A stretch of 64,000 bases of DNA from a virus (taxonomy: Duplodnaviria > Caudoviricetes). This document shows positions 18,042-27,791 of this stretch, one piece after another; position 1 is the first letter of the stretch, and each line of letters begins with the position of its first letter. The notes beneath the pieces are model-generated. The model did no database searches. It was not told where the DNA came from and worked only from the letters and a program-made list of their open reading frames with translations. The stretch spans positions 1-64,000 of IMG/VR virus record IMGVR_UViG_3300002835_000001, one strand, 5' to 3'. The position numbers and the translations under genes are program-made.

Positions 18042-18641
18042 TTAATTTAAACTGTTTGGATAATATAATAAAGTTGGATTTTTCTTTTGAATATCAATGA
18101 GTGGGAAGACATTCTTAAACATTTGAGTATCAAACCTTTTTGTTATTAGATGATAACCATTCCTTGTTGGTACACAAGCTTCTAACTTATGACCTTCTGG
18201 TCTTAACGAATTGATTAGTGAAGTAATATTCACCAATTCTTTTGTATCTTTGTCGTCCACATCAATAATCCATCTCTTTTCAGTTGTTTTAATTTGACCA
18301 ACAACAGAATCGAATACGTGTTGTTGATTGATTTGTCCCGATTGAATACGAGTTACAATTTCAGTAATCATATTCAATGAAACATCTTTATGGTTTTGTT
18401 TTACCACATGAATATATGCTCTCGCATTAAACACCTCACATAATTGAATAATCTCATCGTATCTTTTTTCGAGATACTCAATTGATGTGACACAATATGA
18501 TTTAATTGTACGAACTGATTGATGATTATCTTTCTCACCTTCGGGTTGATCCTTCTTACGTTTGAAAACATAAAGCATATAGAAGTCTCCCTCGTTATCG
18601 AAGTTCAACAATGGTTTAATCAATTCAATATTGTTAATCAT
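18042..18641 (-). CDS. conserved phage protein, possible AEP/primase-polymerase-like fold
   Basis: WIIDVDD (DxD) and PTRNGYHLIT resemble AEP motifs I and II. Confidence 0.45.
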   Translation of the reverse strand: MINNIELIKPLLNFDNEGDFYMLYVFKRKKDQPEGEKDNHQSVRTIKSYCVTSIEYLEKRYDEIIQLCEVFNARAYIHVVKQNHKDVSLNMITEIVTRIQSGQINQQHVFDSVVGQIKTTEKRWIIDVDDKDTKELVNITSLINSLRPEGHKLEACVPTRNGYHLITKRFDTQMFKNVFPLIDIQKKNPTLLYYPNSLN

Positions 18642-18642
18642 A

Positions 18643-19536
18643 TTACTCTTTAATAATTAATATTTCGTGAGACTCTTTGTGATTTACAATTCCCTCTCTT
18701 GTTCTGTTCTCTCCGATTCTTGTTTCTCCATTACCCATCGAATAATTCCAAGTTGGGTACTCGAGTCTAAAGTCTTTATAGTATTCTCTAATCGTTTCGC
18801 AATTGTTATATGACATAATAAACTTGCCAGGATGTGAGTGTAGTAAATCTCTTAACAACTCATGATTAAATCCTTCATGATGAACTGGTATGTTCTTCAT
18901 TGGATAAATCGCAGCATGCATTTTATTGTCACTATCTTTACCCATAAAGTATGGTGGGTCTAAGTAAATGAAATCGTTCGGATGACCAGTGATAACATCA
19001 GAGAAATCTGATTGTGAAACTCGTAGTTTACTACCATTAAATTTAGAAATGTCATCAATCATTTTGTTCCACTTAGCTTGTGTTAAGTAAACTGAAGATG
19101 GCCAACCAAGATAACCCGGTCCATATGATGTGTTGTGATTGAAATAGTAATAAGATGCAATCTCAACTGGGGTTAATGTGATTGGGTTTTTTCTAATATA
19201 AAAGTCAGTCTTCCAACCTTTTAACATCTCTTGGGTGTATTCCCAATTAACTAATTTATCTTTAACTACTTTATAGTTCTCCGCTGTTGGTTCGATTGTT
19301 CTTAAGAAATTGACAAAGTTTTCATTGTCATTAATCATCTCATCCCAAAATGTAACTAATGGTTTAAAGATATCAAACCCATGAACATTGATGTTTAAAT
19401 TTGTTAAGTAAACCTCCAAAGACCCACCACCCATAAATGGTGATATCACATTCGTTAAATCCGTTGGGAAATAAGGTATGATGTGTTTAATGGCTCTCGT
19501 TTTTCCGCCAGCATATCTAATTGGTGTCTTGTTCAT
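18643..19536 (-). CDS. DNA adenine methyltransferase (Dam/D12 class)
   Basis: RYAGGK, SPFMGGGS, and YLDPPY motif IV. Confidence 0.92.
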   Translation of the reverse strand: MNKTPIRYAGGKTRAIKHIIPYFPTDLTNVISPFMGGGSLEVYLTNLNINVHGFDIFKPLVTFWDEMINDNENFVNFLRTIEPTAENYKVVKDKLVNWEYTQEMLKGWKTDFYIRKNPITLTPVEIASYYYFNHNTSYGPGYLGWPSSVYLTQAKWNKMIDDISKFNGSKLRVSQSDFSDVITGHPNDFIYLDPPYFMGKDSDNKMHAAIYPMKNIPVHHEGFNHELLRDLLHSHPGKFIMSYNNCETIREYYKDFRLEYPTWNYSMGNGETRIGENRTREGIVNHKESHEILIIKE

Positions 19537-20344
19537 AAGTTTCTTCGACATTGATATCATAATATTTAATCACGTTTATTATTACCTTGCTTTGTCCGTG
19601 CATTAACAAAGCATTGTTCTTATCTGTTCTTGGTTCAAATTCGAAAACAACTTCGGACTTATCTCCCATATTGATTCTCGCAACAATCTTAACCTTATCT
19701 TTTGTTGTGTAGAATTCAATGTTATCAACTAATATGTTAATTAATGTATCGTATTTAATTCGATAGTAGATTCCATTTGACACATCTTTAACAATTAGAA
19801 AAGGTATGTTCTCATCCTTTCTCAAAAAATAATTTAAAAGAAAATATCTTTCATCCCTATCGTTTAATTTATCAATGATGATGTTTGCATAGTTCCTTCT
19901 TTCTTCTAAAGATACGAAATTATTTTCAAAAGTGGAAATCCAATCACGAAATAAGTCCTGAACTCTTTGTGTTAATTTATTAAGAACGTGTAAACCATAT
20001 TGTATCTTTGCTCCACCTTTCAATGATGCAAATGAATCTCCATCAAGTGTTAAATCAGTTTTATTTGTACCTTTCTGAACCACATAACCAAATCGTTCAA
20101 AGAATGTTTCTTCATCGTGACCACCGACTTTTTTAGATAATGCCAATTCACTATCCATTCCATGTGAACGAGTGATTCTGTCTTTTACTCTTAGTTCTTT
20201 ACATACCCAATTATAGTAACCCCATTGACCTTCTTCAGTAACGTCATCTCTAAATTCATAGGTGTCGGTGTTAACAACCAATCGATTGATAACATCTTTC
20301 CTCATTGAATATCGATTAAAAATTTTAATGAGGTGTTGTTGCAT
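19517..20344 (-). CDS. putative PD-(D/E)xK restriction endonuclease
   Basis: GHDEE...KTDL...ASLK catalytic-like pattern; overlaps the Dam-like gene. Confidence 0.5.
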   Translation of the reverse strand: MQQHLIKIFNRYSMRKDVINRLVVNTDTYEFRDDVTEEGQWGYYNWVCKELRVKDRITRSHGMDSELALSKKVGGHDEETFFERFGYVVQKGTNKTDLTLDGDSFASLKGGAKIQYGLHVLNKLTQRVQDLFRDWISTFENNFVSLEERRNYANIIIDKLNDRDERYFLLNYFLRKDENIPFLIVKDVSNGIYYRIKYDTLINILVDNIEFYTTKDKVKIVARINMGDKSEVVFEFEPRTDKNNALLMHGQSKVIINVIKYYDINVEETYEQDTN

Positions 20345-20348
20345 CTCA

Positions 20349-21353
20349 TTATTCTTCATTCTCAATTGTATTTAAAATCTCAATGTATCTTGATTCAGAT
20401 CTTGAACGAGAGTCGGTAAATCTAACAAGAATATTATTAACCTTATCTTCACTCATATCCAATTCTTTTTTATTTAAGATATGTAAAATAAAGAATAGGT
20501 TCGATTGGGTTGTAAATGAATCTTTGGTTGGATTGTCTTTAACGTATTCATACCACATATCGAATAACCCAACGATGTCTTGAAAATGAGTAATATCCAT
20601 GTTATCTTTAACAAATGACATCATCTGGTCAGCACCCGTGCTTGATGAATTAATAATATCATCGTGAGACGAACACACCTTAATAATTTTCAACACATTA
20701 CCATATAGAATCCTTTCGATAGATTCACTTTTCTTTTTCGTTTTATATAGACGTAGTAACCTATCATCGTTAATGAAACGTTCTTTAATGTAATCATTGA
20801 ATGAATTATTCTCACCCCAAATTAAGTTGTCGTTAGTAACCGTTTTACCGCTATTAACTCTACCAAACTTTCTAATCAATTCATCTTTTGTTGCACATTT
20901 CAAAATAAGAATGATAACCTTCGTATTTAAAAATTCTTCTTTCTTACCTTCAAATTCACCAACAAAATCGTCATCTGTAACTGATTCTAAACTTGCCATT
21001 CTGTGTTGACAATCTTCAATAGATAATTCGTAACCTTTATTTAGATACTTTCTAAAGAAGGTCATATCCTCATGACCAATTGAACAAGAAAAACTTGATT
21101 GAATATCGGCAAAAGTAAAAGGAACGAGCAAATCTTTTTTAAGTGCCGACTCAATAAATCTTTTGGATGAATTCTTTTTAAGTGTTAATGGTCTTTGGTG
21201 TGGAAGCTTTACGAATTTACTTTCCTCCAGTTTATTTAACAACTTAGATATAGTCCACACTTCTAGTTCGAAATTAAATTCCATACTATTTTTTTTGTGT
21301 TCATCAATTACGTCCGCTTGTCTTTGGAGTTCTTGATATTGTGATGGTGTCAT
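20349..21353 (-). CDS. DUF262/ParB-like (GmrS-type) protein
   Basis: LPHQRP, FIES, IEDCQHR (DGQQR-like) and FGRVNSG motifs. Confidence 0.6.
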   Translation of the reverse strand: MTPSQYQELQRQADVIDEHKKNSMEFNFELEVWTISKLLNKLEESKFVKLPHQRPLTLKKNSSKRFIESALKKDLLVPFTFADIQSSFSCSIGHEDMTFFRKYLNKGYELSIEDCQHRMASLESVTDDDFVGEFEGKKEEFLNTKVIILILKCATKDELIRKFGRVNSGKTVTNDNLIWGENNSFNDYIKERFINDDRLLRLYKTKKKSESIERILYGNVLKIIKVCSSHDDIINSSSTGADQMMSFVKDNMDITHFQDIVGLFDMWYEYVKDNPTKDSFTTQSNLFFILHILNKKELDMSEDKVNNILVRFTDSRSRSESRYIEILNTIENEE

Positions 21354-21358
21354 ATTGT

Positions 21359-21559
21359 TTATTTTATTGGTTCATCATTAATTTTGTAAATTTGATATTG
21401 TTCTTTCTCATCACCATCCTCTCTACCTTTGATAAACTCTAAAGTATTTTTTGCGTCAACTAAGTCACCATAAAATACTGTGGCACCAAAGGCATAACAA
21501 CTCAACTCATTCTTTTCTTTGTCCCACCTTCTTGCAATAACGTAATTGAATTTGTTCAT
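21359..21559 (-). CDS. hypothetical protein
   Basis: Probable start MNKFNYVIARR. Confidence 0.6.
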   Translation of the reverse strand: MNKFNYVIARRWDKEKNELSCYAFGATVFYGDLVDAKNTLEFIKGREDGDEKEQYQIYKINDEPIK

Positions 21560-22202
21560 TTTGTTCTTGTTTACACCCAAATTTATAATTAAATTTCGAA
21601 TAATCAAAATAATATGGGACCTTTTTTATTTTTGGTCTGTGGAGAACATATTTCCCATCGTTGAAAGTTACATAACTATTGTTATAAACCCAATCTCCTG
21701 TGTTAATGTATCTAATACCATCGATCACTTTGTCTTCAGACCTATGGATATGTCCACATATGATTGATTTACAACCCAATTTGATTGCTCGTTTGTTTAA
21801 TTCTTCGTGAAACTTAATCATTCTAAATCTTGGGGTAATTCTCTTCAACCACACAATACCATCATAGAGGTCTCCGTGAGTAATTAAAGTCTCGTTCCAA
21901 ACATACTCATTATGAATTTCAATGTTTCCAAGTGATTTGAAATCTCTCATAAAATTATCGTGATTGCCGGGAATCCATATTACCTTTGTTCCATTTTTAG
22001 AAAGATAATCAATTCTATTTAAGACAATAGAGTGTTTGGGATTCCACTTTAGATTTAATATCCAACCATGAATAATATCACCAACTAAAAATAAATGTTT
22101 TGGTGTATAATCATCTAACAATGATATAATTTTATCAACGTTTGATTGTTTACTTCCTAAATGTAAATCACTAACAAATAAAGCTTCGACTACTTGTGAC
22201 AT
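21507..22202 (-). CDS. second LpxH-like metallophosphoesterase
   Basis: VSDLHLG, LVGDII, PGNHD, THGD, CGHIH and NTGDW motifs; paralog of 12643..13326. Confidence 0.85.
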   Translation of the reverse strand: MSQVVEALFVSDLHLGSKQSNVDKIISLLDDYTPKHLFLVGDIIHGWILNLKWNPKHSIVLNRIDYLSKNGTKVIWIPGNHDNFMRDFKSLGNIEIHNEYVWNETLITHGDLYDGIVWLKRITPRFRMIKFHEELNKRAIKLGCKSIICGHIHRSEDKVIDGIRYINTGDWVYNNSYVTFNDGKYVLHRPKIKKVPYYFDYSKFNYKFGCKQEQNEQIQLRYCKKVGQRKE

Positions 22203-22203
22203 T

Positions 22204-22515
22204 TTATATTAAAACCGACCAGAATACTAATCTGGCAGGACATTTGACTTCTTCAAAACATCTCATAAAACTAAGAATCATTCGATATTTTATTTCAACA
22301 AATTCTTTGTTTTCAATTAATGTTTTGAATTGATTATATGTGAGATATGAATGTAAATGTGCGGTACCTTTGTTGAACTCTAACACACTATCTGAGACGT
22401 CGATAGGTAAACCTATACGTTCACAATCTATAAAAAAATCGGAGTCTAATAGAAACTTATTTGATAAATTCCATTCTATACTATTTTTATATTCAATAAA
22501 CCCATAGCACCTCAT
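22204..22515 (-). CDS. hypothetical protein
   Basis: 103 aa ORF. Confidence 0.6.
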   Translation of the reverse strand: MRCYGFIEYKNSIEWNLSNKFLLDSDFFIDCERIGLPIDVSDSVLEFNKGTAHLHSYLTYNQFKTLIENKEFVEIKYRMILSFMRCFEEVKCPARLVFWSVLI

Positions 22516-22552
22516 GTTAAAATATATGTAATTTTATCGACTAAACAAAATA

Positions 22553-22581
22553 AAAAATCCCTTATTTTTTGTAAGGGATTT
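22553..22581 (-). terminator. intrinsic terminator
   Basis: AAATCCCTTAC-AAAAA-ATAAGGGATTT followed by T-rich tail on the minus strand. Confidence 0.7.
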
Positions 22582-22606
22582 GTATATGTATTAGAAGAGT
22601 TTTGGT

Positions 22607-22810
22607 TTATATGTCGTCTCCTTTATAGAATCTTCCCGGTGTAAGTAACTTTTCAATGCTAATTGTTCCTTTTGTCTGTGGGGTTGGCGCAAAAAGATCT
22701 TCTTCAGGGCTCATATTTTCAAGCGTTTCCTCGATGTCCGATTTAATCTTCTCGTCAAGAGATTCCATAATCATTTTATCCAATTGTTCTTTTGTTACTT
22801 TAATTTTCAT
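22607..22810 (-). CDS. ITESQ-type motif small protein
   Basis: MKIKVTKEQLDKMIMESL. Confidence 0.65.
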   Translation of the reverse strand: MKIKVTKEQLDKMIMESLDEKIKSDIEETLENMSPEEDLFAPTPQTKGTISIEKLLTPGRFYKGDDI

Positions 22811-23324
22811 ATTCTTGGGTTTTATTTGGTTCACCAACATTTATTGTTTGACTTGGGTATTGTTTGTCAAAATAATTTAACTTGTCTTTTATTTGACCCG
22901 GTCCATCACTAATCATTTCCATCAATGTTTCAAACATATTCTTCATATCATCTAAGTCGCTAGCAAGTGTGTCCAAATCGGAAACTAAATGATAATACTC
23001 ATTTATTTGTTCTTCATTCTCCTCATCACCCTCAAGTGCTGAATGAATATCATAATATTGATTTGACTTCTTATAATAATGAGCGGCCATTGTGTCAATC
23101 TCACTAAACATTTTTTGGTATTTTTGAACATCGTTAAGAATCTCACCGACACTCAAATCTTTAATAATGTTTAATAATTGATTACCAAACTTCTTACCAT
23201 CATGTATTAATTTCACAACTTCTTGTGTATACTTGGGTAATTGATTTACATCAAAACTAATACTCAATGATTCTTTAATCATTTGTTTTAGTTGACTTTT
23301 AGTAACTTTAATTGTCTTGGTCAT
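22800..23324 (-). CDS. ITESQ-type motif helical protein
   Basis: MTKTIKVTKSQLKQMIKESL; TATTTAT box at 23329-23335. Confidence 0.7.
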   Translation of the reverse strand: MTKTIKVTKSQLKQMIKESLSISFDVNQLPKYTQEVVKLIHDGKKFGNQLLNIIKDLSVGEILNDVQKYQKMFSEIDTMAAHYYKKSNQYYDIHSALEGDEENEEQINEYYHLVSDLDTLASDLDDMKNMFETLMEMISDGPGQIKDKLNYFDKQYPSQTINVGEPNKTQEYEN

Positions 23325-23556
23325 CTCTATAAATATCATCTTCTTCGATTTCTTCAATCGAGTCTATAATTAATTTATCCGACGGGTATTGGGCAACCAA
23401 CTCAAAGATAGTTTCAGGAGAGCCGTACTCACCGATTGATTTAACTTTCTTATGAAATCTAGTAGCACAAACTGAGTCGGGATGTACAGTATCTGCAATA
23501 ATCTCGATAGATCTGGTTTCAGACCCAATAATTAAATAACCTGAATATCTTTTCAT
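23308..23556 (-). CDS. hypothetical protein
   Basis: 82 aa ORF. Confidence 0.6.
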   Translation of the reverse strand: MKRYSGYLIIGSETRSIEIIADTVHPDSVCATRFHKKVKSIGEYGSPETIFELVAQYPSDKLIIDSIEEIEEDDIYRDDQDN

Positions 23557-23732
23557 TTTTCATTGTTTTCATATCCTTGAAGATAAAACATCCAACCGAA
23601 CATAAAGGTCAAAAAATACCTATAAAATTCGACTGGTTGACCAAATCTAAACTCTTGGGTGACATAAGCACCTAAAACAAAGGCGGACACGAGACTTAAA
23701 AATCTTGCAAGTCCTTTTGGGAAATTATCCAT
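23553..23732 (-). CDS. small membrane protein (59 aa)
   Basis: Hand translation MDNFPKGLARFLSLVSAFVLG...; ATGA overlap. Confidence 0.55.
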   Translation of the reverse strand: MDNFPKGLARFLSLVSAFVLGAYVTQEFRFGQPVEFYRYFLTFMFGWMFYLQGYENNEK

Positions 23733-23734
23733 AA

Positions 23735-24247
23735 TTAAATTTTAATATAACTAATACCTCCTTGAGTTCCTTTTAGTGGATTACTATATCTTTCCTCCAC
23801 ATTTTTTCTTGGTACAATCTTACCATTTTTATGGAATAACGCCCATTTCCAAGTCTTATCTGGTTTATATCCCGGTCCTTTCCAATGGTGATGTGCACCT
23901 TTCTCGTATTTTTCTAACTTTGTAATTGTTGCCTCTAAGACATAGTTCTCAGATACTTCAAGATATTTCATACCTTCGTAAATCTTATCTCTCTTTGGAC
24001 AATTATACATTACCGCATAACCACAATCTTTAGATATTTCTAAATCTTCGTTACTACGTGCACTAATAACAATAGCCAATTCGTCGACAATTGGTACTGG
24101 TTTTGTTTTAGTTGCTCTGGGTAAAACCTCAATTAATTTTGAGATATTACCACGATGGGCTCTAAGTGCCTCTTGTCTTGTTTCATAAAGTTTAGTGGTT
24201 TCTTTACCATCTAATAATTGTACTTTATATAGTTTTTCTGTAATCAT
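23735..24247 (-). CDS. hypothetical protein
   Basis: 170 aa ORF. Confidence 0.7.
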   Translation of the reverse strand: MITEKLYKVQLLDGKETTKLYETRQEALRAHRGNISKLIEVLPRATKTKPVPIVDELAIVISARSNEDLEISKDCGYAVMYNCPKRDKIYEGMKYLEVSENYVLEATITKLEKYEKGAHHHWKGPGYKPDKTWKWALFHKNGKIVPRKNVEERYSNPLKGTQGGISYIKI

Positions 24248-24804
24248 AATTTATATAATCTATTATTGTTGTATAATGCAATTGGATTTTCTTCAGCCAA
24301 GATACCATACTCTTTTTTAACATTCTCGTGGATGAAATTCTTATCCTCATTAATGTATTTTGAAATGATATTAACAAACGCGTAATTTGATTCATCAACC
24401 TCTTCTTGATCCATACCAGGTAATCCACAATAGTTTGCCTCACCAACTTCGCTGATGAACATCCCACTATAAAATCCCCCCAAACCATGATACTCCACGA
24501 ATTGGTCGGCATTACACCAAATAAAGACACTGTTGTCTTTTTCTTTTAATAATGATACCATTGTCTCATCGATAATGTAACCTCCGTATGTGGGTCCACA
24601 ATGAAAGAATTGACCAACATGGAATAACCCATTAGGACTGCCGTGTCCCATCATCATAACCCTATCATGAGATTCAATTAGTTTCATTATTTCTAACTTA
24701 CTAATACCTCCTTGAATAAGAGTTTGATTTGGTACATCCTTATAGACAATATCTAAGAAGGTTGTTGAGTCATCCTTTGGGTGGATGATTAATGTTTTTG
24801 ACAT
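24244..24804 (-). CDS. conserved phage protein, possible clan CD (caspase/gingipain-like) peptidase fold
   Basis: hhhhGHGSP...hhhWCNA pattern giving a His-Cys dyad. Confidence 0.4.
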   Translation of the reverse strand: MSKTLIIHPKDDSTTFLDIVYKDVPNQTLIQGGISKLEIMKLIESHDRVMMMGHGSPNGLFHVGQFFHCGPTYGGYIIDETMVSLLKEKDNSVFIWCNADQFVEYHGLGGFYSGMFISEVGEANYCGLPGMDQEEVDESNYAFVNIISKYINEDKNFIHENVKKEYGILAEENPIALYNNNRLYKL

Positions 24805-24824
24805 GTTAATGTTGATTTGGTTTA

Positions 24825-24856
24825 CAAATATATTGATATTAAATCAATTCACCAAA
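24825..24856 (-). promoter_or_regulatory. Bacteroidota-type promoter
   Basis: Minus strand TTTG-N20-TATATTTG upstream of 24804. Confidence 0.7.
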
Positions 24857-24862
24857 ATAAAA

Positions 24863-25093
24863 TTAGAAATTTCCCGTTAAAAATTGATAAACCACTTCGG
24901 GGATATGAGTACAAACGTGAGGTTCTCCATTTTTGGTACATTCAATATGAGGTAAATTTTTAATATATTCCTTCATGTATTTTGGACCTTTTGATAATCT
25001 TTTAACCACATATTCTCTTGAATATAATTGTTCTGAATCGTAATATTCCGATAATAAGTTAGTATATTGTGATTCTGTGATAAGTAATTTCAT
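24863..25093 (-). CDS. ITESQ-motif small protein
   Basis: MKLLITESQYTNLLSE. Confidence 0.7.
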   Translation of the reverse strand: MKLLITESQYTNLLSEYYDSEQLYSREYVVKRLSKGPKYMKEYIKNLPHIECTKNGEPHVCTHIPEVVYQFLTGNF

Positions 25094-25095
25094 GG

Positions 25096-25257
25096 TTATA
25101 AGTCTTTAAATAAATCTTTTATACTGGAACCTCCCTTTAATATTAAATATCCAAGTCCGAATGTAACTAATAATATTGCAAACATCATGAATGTGTGGTA
25201 TACAAAGCCATATGCTAAAAACAAGGTAATTAAAATTATTATTATCCATTTTTTCAT
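25096..25257 (-). CDS. small membrane protein (53 aa)
   Basis: Hand translation MKKWIIIILITLFLAYG...; more plausible than track ORF 25106..25288. Confidence 0.55.
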   Translation of the reverse strand: MKKWIIIILITLFLAYGFVYHTFMMFAILLVTFGLGYLILKGGSSIKDLFKDL

Positions 25258-25646
25258 AATTTAAATAACCTTTTAAACTGAGACTCACTTATAACCATCA
25301 TTTGTTTACGTGACTTAGGTGTGGTTGATTCGTTTATCTTTCTGTGTGCATATTTCTCATAATCTTCACGACTTAAACATCTCTGTAATTCCACTTTCTT
25401 TACCGACTTGTCACTCACATCTTCCAAAATATCAAATCTAATTCTATATTCTGGATTGTTTGTGTATCTTATACGATAACCACCCAATCCTGAATCTAGT
25501 TTCTTAATATCTAATAGTTCGTATAGTTTAACAAAATTAGGTGCATTTTTAATGGTTTCAATGACTTCGTCGGTTGCCTTTTTGTGTTTTGGCATCCTAA
25601 TATCCTTTAAATCTTTCAAAAATCTTGATGTATATACTATTTCCAT
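25254..25646 (-). CDS. RelE/ParE-family toxin-like protein with C-terminal ISESQF motif
   Basis: MEIVYTSRFLKDLK, IKKL..G.YRIR..YRI.F and REDYEK are typical RelE features. Confidence 0.7.
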   Translation of the reverse strand: MEIVYTSRFLKDLKDIRMPKHKKATDEVIETIKNAPNFVKLYELLDIKKLDSGLGGYRIRYTNNPEYRIRFDILEDVSDKSVKKVELQRCLSREDYEKYAHRKINESTTPKSRKQMMVISESQFKRLFKL

Positions 25647-25671
25647 ACCAATAAATATTACGAACTATAAC

Positions 25672-26772
25672 TTAATTTCCATATAGAATACCCCGAATGT
25701 TGGAATCTGTTGCTCCACTATAACTGATGGGTCCTTCTGACTCAATGTTATCTCTATTTTCGTAAGATTCTTCTTCCGCACGTTCCTCTAACATTTGTTC
25801 AGGAACGGGTTCTTCTTGAGGTTGGTTATCGTATTCCTGTTCGGCTCTTTCAAGTGCTCTACGAATGTAACGTTCACGAGAGGTATCTCCTTCTTGGACA
25901 AGACTTGGTTGTTCCATCACATCAATATCTTGACTTCTCGTAACCATACTTTTTAATGAAGATTTAGTATAATTCTTATCTTCCTTTGTACGTTCATCAT
26001 CAGATAGAAGATATCTGTTGGTGTAAGCCCTGATTGTAGATTCGTTCTTAATAATGATTCTTAACTCGTCTGTTAATTCAGTTTGTAATGAATCAATACG
26101 AGAATCCTTTTGATTCCAAAATGAGAATTCGGGGTCGTTCTTATCTAAAGAATTAAAACTTGCAACTTTGTATCCCGTTTTTTTATTGATACAATAAATT
26201 AAAACTCCCTTTGATGAATACTTTAAAAAATATTCGGAATTGTCACTTTGTGTTGTGCACCATTTTGTATTTGCACCATACTTTTTGGATGATTGATATG
26301 TTAGTGGTCTAACTAATAACCATTCATCATCTTCGTAAACTACTTTAGTTTGTTTCTCAAGTAATTTAATATCTAACGCCATCTCAGCAATACTTAAAGA
26401 TGACATCACTTCTTCCATGGTTGAATATTTCGATAAGTCATTTTGTGTGACCAACCCTCTTTCATTTAACTCACAGAATTTTCTAAAATTTTGTAAATCT
26501 TTTGATTCAAAAAATCCATCAATAAATTTCCAAATTAACATTATTTGTAAATCAGAAAATTCGTCTAACTTTATTGTTGGGATGAAAGAATACTCCTTTA
26601 AAATTTCTGACTTAATTTCTTTTGTGTGTTCTTTTAGGTTTGGTGTCGACTTCATTAATCTAAGTAACATATCGGTATACTTAGATTTTGCGTCGGGACT
26701 AAACATCTCAACAATGTTAACAATGTTTATTGAATTTTCTGGGTTGGTTTTTAAATCTCTAATTTTGGACAT
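25672..26772 (-). CDS. hypothetical protein with PcfJ-like YGANTKWCTT domain and acidic tail
   Basis: VYEDDEWLLVRPLTYQSSKKYGANTKWCTT motif. Confidence 0.7.
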   Translation of the reverse strand: MSKIRDLKTNPENSINIVNIVEMFSPDAKSKYTDMLLRLMKSTPNLKEHTKEIKSEILKEYSFIPTIKLDEFSDLQIMLIWKFIDGFFESKDLQNFRKFCELNERGLVTQNDLSKYSTMEEVMSSLSIAEMALDIKLLEKQTKVVYEDDEWLLVRPLTYQSSKKYGANTKWCTTQSDNSEYFLKYSSKGVLIYCINKKTGYKVASFNSLDKNDPEFSFWNQKDSRIDSLQTELTDELRIIIKNESTIRAYTNRYLLSDDERTKEDKNYTKSSLKSMVTRSQDIDVMEQPSLVQEGDTSRERYIRRALERAEQEYDNQPQEEPVPEQMLEERAEEESYENRDNIESEGPISYSGATDSNIRGILYGN

Positions 26773-26827
26773 ACATTATGGTTTTTAATAAAATATAGAG
26801 AAATATAACCGTAATTCCAAATTTTAT

Positions 26828-27112
26828 TTAATTATAATAATAAAATTCCGTTTTATTATACAATTTTTTTAATTCAATATCTTCCTTCCAATTTTTAATA
26901 ATCTCTTCCGCTTGTTCTTTGTGTTGAAATGGGTATGAACCAGATTCCCATATTTTACATGGTAAGATAAAATAATTTGTTTTAGCCCAAACCTTCCTTT
27001 CTGGTTGGTATTGTGTGTATCCATTTAAAACCCAAGTTTTAATACGATACTTTGGTTTAGCCTCCAATGTTAACACTCCCGATAACATTAAAAATATAGT
27101 TAACTTTTTCAT
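26828..27112 (-). CDS. secreted hypothetical protein
   Basis: MKKLTIFLMLSGVLTLEA signal-like start. Confidence 0.6.
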   Translation of the reverse strand: MKKLTIFLMLSGVLTLEAKPKYRIKTWVLNGYTQYQPERKVWAKTNYFILPCKIWESGSYPFQHKEQAEEIIKNWKEDIELKKLYNKTEFYYYN

Positions 27113-27113
27113 A

Positions 27114-27770
27114 CTAATAAAATTTTCTAAGAACTTCAATTACATCCCAAGCATCTTCCAATGCGTTATGTGTAACGATTCCACTAACACCCGCACGTTC
27201 TTTACATGTTGTTAAATTTGGTAATGACCTATCATTGTTCCAATCAACCATTAAGATTGCTGGATCTAATACTCTTTGACGAGTACGAATTAATTTCTGC
27301 CACCAAGGTAATTCTTGTAAGAATAACTTATCAAATGTTCCAAAGTTTTTACCTGCAACATTTAATGTAATTGATTTGGTTCTTCCGTCAATGATTGGTG
27401 TTAACTTTCCATTCACATGAGTTGATAGTGAATCCAAAAGTGAGAATCCATTACACCAAAGAAACACATAGAATTCTTTGATTACCTCATCTTCACGATA
27501 GAAACTATAATCACTGTGGGTGTTAAAGTTATGTTTGGTCTCATCATTGCCTTCAAGATAATCACCAATCATTGAAATGATTTCTTTGTTCATCGTGATT
27601 GCTCTCGGTGAACCGGTGATTTCATTTTGAAGAACAATTGCATTGAACTTAGGACACTCCTCGTATGGTAATTTATTTTCAGTATCTTCGATGATTGCAC
27701 CGATAGATAATACTTTGTGTTTCTCGTGGTCAAGACCACTGGTTTCAATATCAACGCTGACGTACACCAT
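27114..27770 (-). CDS. DEDDh 3'-5' exonuclease (DnaQ-like)
   Basis: VDIETSGLD, AGKNFGTFD, LDP and HNALEDA motifs. Confidence 0.85.
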   Translation of the reverse strand: MVYVSVDIETSGLDHEKHKVLSIGAIIEDTENKLPYEECPKFNAIVLQNEITGSPRAITMNKEIISMIGDYLEGNDETKHNFNTHSDYSFYREDEVIKEFYVFLWCNGFSLLDSLSTHVNGKLTPIIDGRTKSITLNVAGKNFGTFDKLFLQELPWWQKLIRTRQRVLDPAILMVDWNNDRSLPNLTTCKERAGVSGIVTHNALEDAWDVIEVLRKFY

Positions 27771-27791
27771 AATTTTTTTATTTAATGTTAA

